Origin: an uncultured Candidatus Rokubacteria bacterium
GTDB taxonomy: Bacteria > Methylomirabilota > Methylomirabilia > Rokubacteriales > CSP1-6
Reading direction: 5' to 3'
DNA: 64,000 nucleotides
NCBI GenBank assembly: GCA_963762145.1
Contig: CAVXJS010000014.1
Span: forward strand, 32,001 to 96,000
Below the pieces are notes generated by a model, which saw only the letters and a program-made list of their open reading frames with translations, was not told the origin of the DNA and made no database searches. The translations under genes and the position numbers were made by a program. Below are positions 58,731 to 64,000 of the stretch, piece by piece. Positions within the stretch are counted from its first letter, which is position 1. Each line of letters begins with the position of its first letter.

Positions 58731-60749
58731 TCAGCAGGCCGGGCCCGGCGCGGGCGGGCCCGGCGCATACTCGATCGCGAAGATGCGCACGTCGTAGGGC
58801 GGAACGCGACCGGTGACCGTCACGCGTTGCCCGGCCCGCGCACAACCCGCCGTGGTGTCGGCGGTATACTCGCGAACTGCGGTGACCGCGCCGGGTATGT
58901 TCGCGGTGATCACCCCGTTCCAGGCCGAGTCCGAGTTGTTGATGACCGTGGTGATGATCTTGCCGGGCGCGCTCGAGAACATGTACTGAGCGCCGGGACC
59001 GGACACGACGGCGGGCGCGTGCTCGCGGTGCAGGTGGTCGAACAGCCGAACGCCGACCTCCAGGAAGCGATCGCGCGCGGTCGTCTGCAGATAGTCCGGC
59101 GTCGTGAGAATGACCCGGCCCGCCCCGACCGGGTTGGAGGTGATCAGCGGGGCGCCGTCACCGGTGGTCGCCAGCGCGCGAGCGGAGACGAGCGCGACGG
59201 GCTTGTAGCTGAACGGCGCCTCTGGGTACTGCGTGTCGTCCGATAGCCATCTCGAGGTGGTCCCGCGCACGTGGGCGCCGCCGAGGCGAACGCCGAGGAG
59301 CGCCTCGTCCGCGCCCGTCGCCTGTCTGACGTTGACGACGAGCGTTCCCCCGGCCTCCACCCACGACGTGAGGATCTGGCGCAAGCGGGCGTCGATGAGG
59401 ACGTCGCCGGTGAGGGCGATGACCTTGTATCGCCGGAGCGAGGTCGACGTCGCGGTGTTCAGCGTCACATCGAACGTGTCCCCCCAGCGCGTGAAGGGCA
59501 TCGGCTCGTAGGGCCGGGGATCGCGGCCGGACGCGAGAAACGCCTGGTAGCCCGCCGGGGTCGAGAAGGGTGCGCCGGGCAAGGTGCCGTGCCGCCAGTG
59601 GTTGGGATAGGCGAGCTTCAGGAAATTGTCGATCATGAAGTCGCCGGCCGAATAGGCGATGTCCTGATACCAGACCGCGTTCTGCTGGTTGTACGGCCCG
59701 TGCTTGGTGTCGAAGCCGCTGTGAGCGTCGAGCATCAATGCCATCGGGACCACCGGCGAGCCGACATCGGGATGTCGCCGGAGCGCGAAGTCCGCGAAGC
59801 GCTTCACGGCCAGTCCGAACGGATTCGGCGTCGACCCGCCCGGAAGGTAGTAGAGCGTCGGCTCGATCTGCAGGATGTGTGCGCCGGCCATGTAGGCCGC
59901 GTACATGTGGCGAAGCAGATAGCTCGGCGACCAGCCGCCGGTCTGCGTTCCCGCCGCGTCGAAGCTGGTCGCGGAGTCGGCCGCGGTTCGCCACGTCGAC
60001 AGGTCGATGCCCCACGGGCGATCGTATTGACGGCCCGCGCCGCGCATGAAGGCGATGCCGGTCGCGATATCACCGAGCTCGTCGACGCCCCGCTCGAGCA
60101 GGCCGACGTCGACTCCGAGCTCGTAGGCCGCGAAGGCATTCGGGGAATAATCGGTGACGGCGGCGAGGCGGCACGGGCGGGCGCTCGCGGGCTGGCGGAG
60201 GTAGCCGCCGAGCGGAGGGGAGCGATTGAGGTAGTGATCGGCGAAGCGCGCGTGCGCCTGTGCGCGCGTCAGCCCCGTGTATCGCGGCCGTCCGCCGGGG
60301 ACCCAGGCCCCACCGCCCTGGTCCCACTCGATCATCAAGCTCCAGAGATGGTTCCTGGTCGGCTGGGCCGCACAGATGCGCGCGGCGGCGAGGCGCTCGC
60401 TCTCGATCGAGGCGGCGGAGTGATTCTTGACGTGCGTGGCGCCCTGCAGATGAAAGTTGAGCCGCGCTCCGTGGCTCGTGACGAAGCGCTGCATGCCGGC
60501 GTCCGCCGGCGGCCAGAACGCCACCATGTTGGCCATGCGGTTCCGGAGGGTCACGCCGGCGTCGGGATTGGTGTAGCCGAGCGGGCCGTAGAACTCGGCC
60601 GAGAGGAAGAACGCCGAGCGTTCGGAGTCCGCGCGCGCCCCCGGCGGGTGGAGGGCGAGACACGACGCGACGACGAGCAAGCGCAGGGCGATCCCGAGCG
60701 GACGGCCTGGACCTTGCGGGCGAGCCTTGGGTTGCGCGATCTGCGACAT
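58731..60749 (-). CDS. Secreted hypothetical protein, possibly glycoside-hydrolase-like
   Basis: Signal peptide; aromatic-rich N-domain (RGAGRQYDRPWGIDLS); C-domain WVEAGGTLVV/VGAGRVIL resembling beta-galactosidase trimerisation domains. Confidence 0.55.
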   Translation of the reverse strand: MSQIAQPKARPQGPGRPLGIALRLLVVASCLALHPPGARADSERSAFFLSAEFYGPLGYTNPDAGVTLRNRMANMVAFWPPADAGMQRFVTSHGARLNFHLQGATHVKNHSAASIESERLAAARICAAQPTRNHLWSLMIEWDQGGGAWVPGGRPRYTGLTRAQAHARFADHYLNRSPPLGGYLRQPASARPCRLAAVTDYSPNAFAAYELGVDVGLLERGVDELGDIATGIAFMRGAGRQYDRPWGIDLSTWRTAADSATSFDAAGTQTGGWSPSYLLRHMYAAYMAGAHILQIEPTLYYLPGGSTPNPFGLAVKRFADFALRRHPDVGSPVVPMALMLDAHSGFDTKHGPYNQQNAVWYQDIAYSAGDFMIDNFLKLAYPNHWRHGTLPGAPFSTPAGYQAFLASGRDPRPYEPMPFTRWGDTFDVTLNTATSTSLRRYKVIALTGDVLIDARLRQILTSWVEAGGTLVVNVRQATGADEALLGVRLGGAHVRGTTSRWLSDDTQYPEAPFSYKPVALVSARALATTGDGAPLITSNPVGAGRVILTTPDYLQTTARDRFLEVGVRLFDHLHREHAPAVVSGPGAQYMFSSAPGKIITTVINNSDSAWNGVITANIPGAVTAVREYTADTTAGCARAGQRVTVTGRVPPYDVRIFAIEYAPGPPAPGPAC

Positions 60750-60766
60750 GCGGGGGCGGCGTGCTC

Positions 60767-61243
60767 CTAGCGAGAGATGCGTCCGGTGGCGCGCCGCCAC
60801 CGGGCCGGTACGCCGCGGTGCCCGAGGGCGCGATCGCCGATCGCGACGAGGAGGAGCCCGAGGACGAACCCGGCGACCCCGATCCGGACGCTCGTCGGCG
60901 TGCCGACGAGCCGCACGCCGAAGACGTCCAGGCTCAGCCCCAGATCGGCGGTCTCGGGCGGGGGCCAGATCGCGGTCGCGCCGAACGCGAGCGCGGCCGC
61001 CACCGGCAGCGCGAGTGCATGGAGGCCCATGGTGAGGGCCACGCGGCCCCAGATCTGCCTGGGGGGGCCGGGTCTCCAGCAGAACGCGGCCGCCGCGAGG
61101 CCCGCCCCGCCCCAGACGGCCAGCGCGACCGGAATCGTCATCGCGCCCGGCCGGGCCACCGCGAGGATGGTGGTCGCGAAGCCCACCGAGACGCCGCCGC
61201 ACACCAGGCCCGCCAGTGCCGCGGCGCCGAGGCTCCTGGTCAC
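60767..61243 (-). CDS. Hypothetical membrane protein
   Basis: GTG overlapping the dctM stop; four hydrophobic segments. Confidence 0.55.
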   Translation of the reverse strand: MTRSLGAAALAGLVCGGVSVGFATTILAVARPGAMTIPVALAVWGGAGLAAAAFCWRPGPPRQIWGRVALTMGLHALALPVAAALAFGATAIWPPPETADLGLSLDVFGVRLVGTPTSVRIGVAGFVLGLLLVAIGDRALGHRGVPARWRRATGRISR

Positions 61244-62525
61244 TGCACGAAACCCAGCAGCCGCGGGATGAAGAGTACGGTCTCCGGGACGAAGGCCACC
61301 AGCAGCAGCACGGCGACAATGGCGGCCAGGAACGGCATGAGGGGACGCACCAGCTTGTCCATGGGCAGGCCGCTGATCGCCATGCCGAGGAAGAGGCACA
61401 GACCGACCGGGGGTGTGACGTGGCCGATCGCCGAGGCGATCACGCAGACCATCCCGAAGTGGATCGCGTGGATGTCGAGCGCCTGCGCGGCCGGCAGCAG
61501 CACCGGCACCGTGACCAGGATGATCTCCGAGGGGGTCAGGAACGTGCCCAGGAAGATGTAGAGGAAGATCACGAGGATGAGGAAGAGCCACCAGGTCGGC
61601 GCGACCGACTGGATGGCCGCGGCGACCCGGAACGGGAACTTCGAATAGGTCAAGACCCAGCCGAAGGCGCCGACCAGCCCGATGATGAGGCCGATCACGC
61701 CGGACAGCCTCGCGGAGTCTGAAAATATTCCTGGAAGATCGCGCCAGGAGAGCTCGCGATAGAAGATGGGCGGGACCACGAGGGCGTACACCACCGCGAC
61801 GGCGGCCGCCTCGGTCGGGGTGAACCAGCCGATGAGGATGCCCCCCATGATGATCACCGGGATCATGATGGCGGGCAGCGAGTTCCGGAGGGCGGTCAGG
61901 AACTGGGCGCGCGTCGGCGGCGGCTCCTTGGGATAGTTCCGCTTCTTGGCGATGACGAAGACCGGAACCGCCATGCCGATCGCGATGAGCAGACCGGGCA
62001 GGTAGCCGCCCGCGAAGATGGCGGCGACCGACTCGTCGGCCATCCAGGCGTAGATCACCGCGATGATCGAGGGGGGATGATCGGTGCCATGATCGCGGTG
62101 CAGATGGTCAGGATCGTCGCGAAGTCCTTGTCGTAGCCCTTGCGGACCATCTGGGGGATCAGGAAGGTCCCGAGCGCCGACACGTCGGCCACCGCCGAGC
62201 CCGAGATACCGCCGAAGATCATGCTGTCGAGGATGTTGACGTAGGCGAGCCCGCCGCGGAACCGGCCCACCAGCACGGTGGCGAGGTCGATGATCGCGCG
62301 CGCGACGCCACCCCGCGCCGCGATGTTGCCGGCCAGGATGAAGAGCGGCGCCGCGAGCAGGAGGAACGAGTCCGAGAGGAGCCCGACGAACCGGGTGGGA
62401 ATGATGATCGGGTTCAGCGCCGGATAGAGCGTGGCCGCGGCCAGGGCCCCCACGCCGAGGGCGATGCCGATCGGCATGCCCAGCACGACGAAGATGACGA
62501 AGACGATCAGGAGGGTCTCGGCCAC
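61240..62525 (-). CDS. dctM: TRAP transporter large permease (frameshift in a C-run near 62072)
   Basis: GGISGSAVAD, IIPP(S), FTPTEAAAVA, TPPVGLCLF. Confidence 0.88.
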
Positions 62526-63022
62526 AGGGTTCTCAGCGCGGCGAAGAGCCGCCACGCCATGGGCAGGATGATGAGCGCGGCGCCGACCGGGACGGCGGCG
62601 TAGACGTAGCCGAGCGGCAGCCCCAGCCCGGCGCTGGTCTGGAACTGGGCGTTGGGGACGAGCACGAGGCTCGTGCGGATCAGGGACAGGAACAGCAGCA
62701 TGCCGACGCCGTTGGTCAGCACGGTGAGCGCGGCCTGTCCGCGGGGGCCGAGCCGCTGCTCGAAGTACTCGAGCCGGGTGTGCTCGGCCCGATGCATGGC
62801 CGCGGCCGCGCCGATCATCACCAGCCAGACGAACAGGTACCGGGGGATCTCGTCGATGCCGTCGATGCCGGCCAGGCCCGTGAAGCGGCCCAGCACCTGC
62901 ACGAAGACCGCGAGGGTCATCACGGCCAGGATCAGGCCGCCGAGCCACCCCAGCCCCTCGTAGAAGCGGCTCCCCCAGGCGCCGAAGGGCGCGCCGCTTC
63001 CGGGTCCCGGCCTGCCGGCCAC
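62507..63022 (-). CDS. dctQ: TRAP transporter small permease
   Basis: DEIPRYLFVWLVMIGAA, H(T)RLE; four TMs. Confidence 0.85.
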   Translation of the reverse strand: MAGRPGPGSGAPFGAWGSRFYEGLGWLGGLILAVMTLAVFVQVLGRFTGLAGIDGIDEIPRYLFVWLVMIGAAAAMHRAEHTRLEYFEQRLGPRGQAALTVLTNGVGMLLFLSLIRTSLVLVPNAQFQTSAGLGLPLGYVYAAVPVGAALIILPMAWRLFAALRTLWPRPS

Positions 63023-63024
63023 GC

Positions 63025-64000
63025 CTACTTGATGCTCAGGATGTAGTCGACCATCGGGCGGGCGTCCTTGCCCGCGGGGGTCGCGTAGAACTCCTCGTAC
63101 ACGCTGATCGTCGCCTGGCGGAACGGGGTGGCGTCCGGCTTGGTGATCGTCACGCCCTTGGCCTTCACCTGCGCCTGGATCTCGCGATCCTCCTCGAGGA
63201 TGAACTTCCGGTTCCACTGCTCGGCGTGCTTGGCCGCGTCCATGATCGCCTTCTGGGTGGTCGCGTCCTGCTTGGCCCACGAGCTCTTGGCCATGATGAG
63301 GGCCACGCACTGGTGGGTGTGGCGGACGTCGGCCACGTACTTGACGATGTCGTAGAACTTGTTGTGGTAGAAGGTGTTGATCCCGCCCTCGGCCGAATCG
63401 ATCACCTTGGTCTGGAGCGACGTCGCGACCTCCGGGAACGCGATCGGCGTGGAGATCATCCCGAGGGCCTTGAAGGTGGCGACCAGGATCTTGTCCTCCT
63501 GCACGCGGATCTTCTTGCCCTTCACGTCGGCCACCGAGTTGACCGGGAAGTGGCCGTAGATGCCCCGGTAGCCTGCGGCGAAGAACGCGACGAGCTTGAG
63601 CCCCTTCTTGTCGAGCACGGCGCCGTAGTACTTCTGGAGCGTGTCGCTGCCGTCCAGCGCCGCGTAGACGTGCTGATAGTCGCGGAAGATGTACGGAAGC
63701 TGGAAGACCGACATCTCCGGCACCAGGGTGGACAGCGGCGCCGTCGTCATCGGGGAGAAGTCCACGGTGCCGAGCTGGACCTGCTGGCCCACCTCGCGCT
63801 CGCCCCCGAGCGCGCCCGAGTGGTGATGGACCACCTTGGTCTTGCCGCCGGTCAGCTCGTCGAGCTTGTCGACGAACTGCTGGGCCGCCAGGGCGGTCCC
63901 GTGCTTGGGCGGATTGACATTGCCCATCACCAGCTCCTTGCCCTGGGCATGAGCGGTGGCGGCGCCCGCGAGGGCGAGGACAGCCAGAACCAGCAGTCTG
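63025..64000 (-). CDS. dctP: TRAP transporter substrate-binding protein (start outside window)
   Basis: GALGGERE, LPYIFRD, GKKIRV, SLQTKVIDSAE. Confidence 0.9.
   Translation of the reverse strand, partial: RLLVLAVLALAGAATAHAQGKELVMGNVNPPKHGTALAAQQFVDKLDELTGGKTKVVHHHSGALGGEREVGQQVQLGTVDFSPMTTAPLSTLVPEMSVFQLPYIFRDYQHVYAALDGSDTLQKYYGAVLDKKGLKLVAFFAAGYRGIYGHFPVNSVADVKGKKIRVQEDKILVATFKALGMISTPIAFPEVATSLQTKVIDSAEGGINTFYHNKFYDIVKYVADVRHTHQCVALIMAKSSWAKQDATTQKAIMDAAKHAEQWNRKFILEEDREIQAQVKAKGVTITKPDATPFRQATISVYEEFYATPAGKDARPMVDYILSIK

Noticed and set aside
62055-62080. Split dctM
   Set aside because: One base missing from a C homopolymer (IIPPSII expected); a typical indel error.

Overview
High-GC bacterial chromosome segment. 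The gene styles (expanded ABC_sub_bind proteins ending [14 protein letters not shown], zinc-ribbon/GAF kinase, family-5 SBPs) suggest Candidatus Rokubacteria/Methylomirabilota; this is an inference. 1-6.3 kb holds moaB, a DegP-like protease, a secreted lipase-like hydrolase, a D-2-hydroxyacid dehydrogenase and an RmlD-like SDR. A tRNA-His/Arg/Lys operon follows. A ~17.4 kb island is integrated in tRNA-Lys(CTT), bounded by an exact 43-bp direct repeat (6611-6653 / 24059-24101), with a decayed tyrosine integrase and an excisionase-like HTH. The island carries an array of six ABC_sub_bind (COG2984-type) genes with no permease or ATPase. Their 5' ('head') and 3' ('tail') ends are near-identical while their middles diverge. 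Isolated head and tail remnants bracket unrelated cargo (methyltransferase, cytochrome P460-family gene, DctP), one head is fused straight to a tail, and one tail is fused into the integrase. This looks like a cassette-exchange system and is the best candidate for an undescribed system. The island also has a probable exported selenocysteine peroxiredoxin with a SECIS-like hairpin, TlpA, a 4xGAF histidine kinase and a relic tRNA-Phe att site. After the island come bacterial topoisomerase VI (top6B-top6A), acyl-CoA dehydrogenase/OsmC/MFS, peptide ABC genes, MgtC, SDR/EthD genes, an ~18 kb Wzx/Wzy polysaccharide cluster with bacillosamine-type genes plus a PhyH dioxygenase and a GNAT, and a TRAP transporter. 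Several single-base frameshifts in ordinary genes suggest indel sequencing errors, so pseudogene calls resting on one indel are weak.
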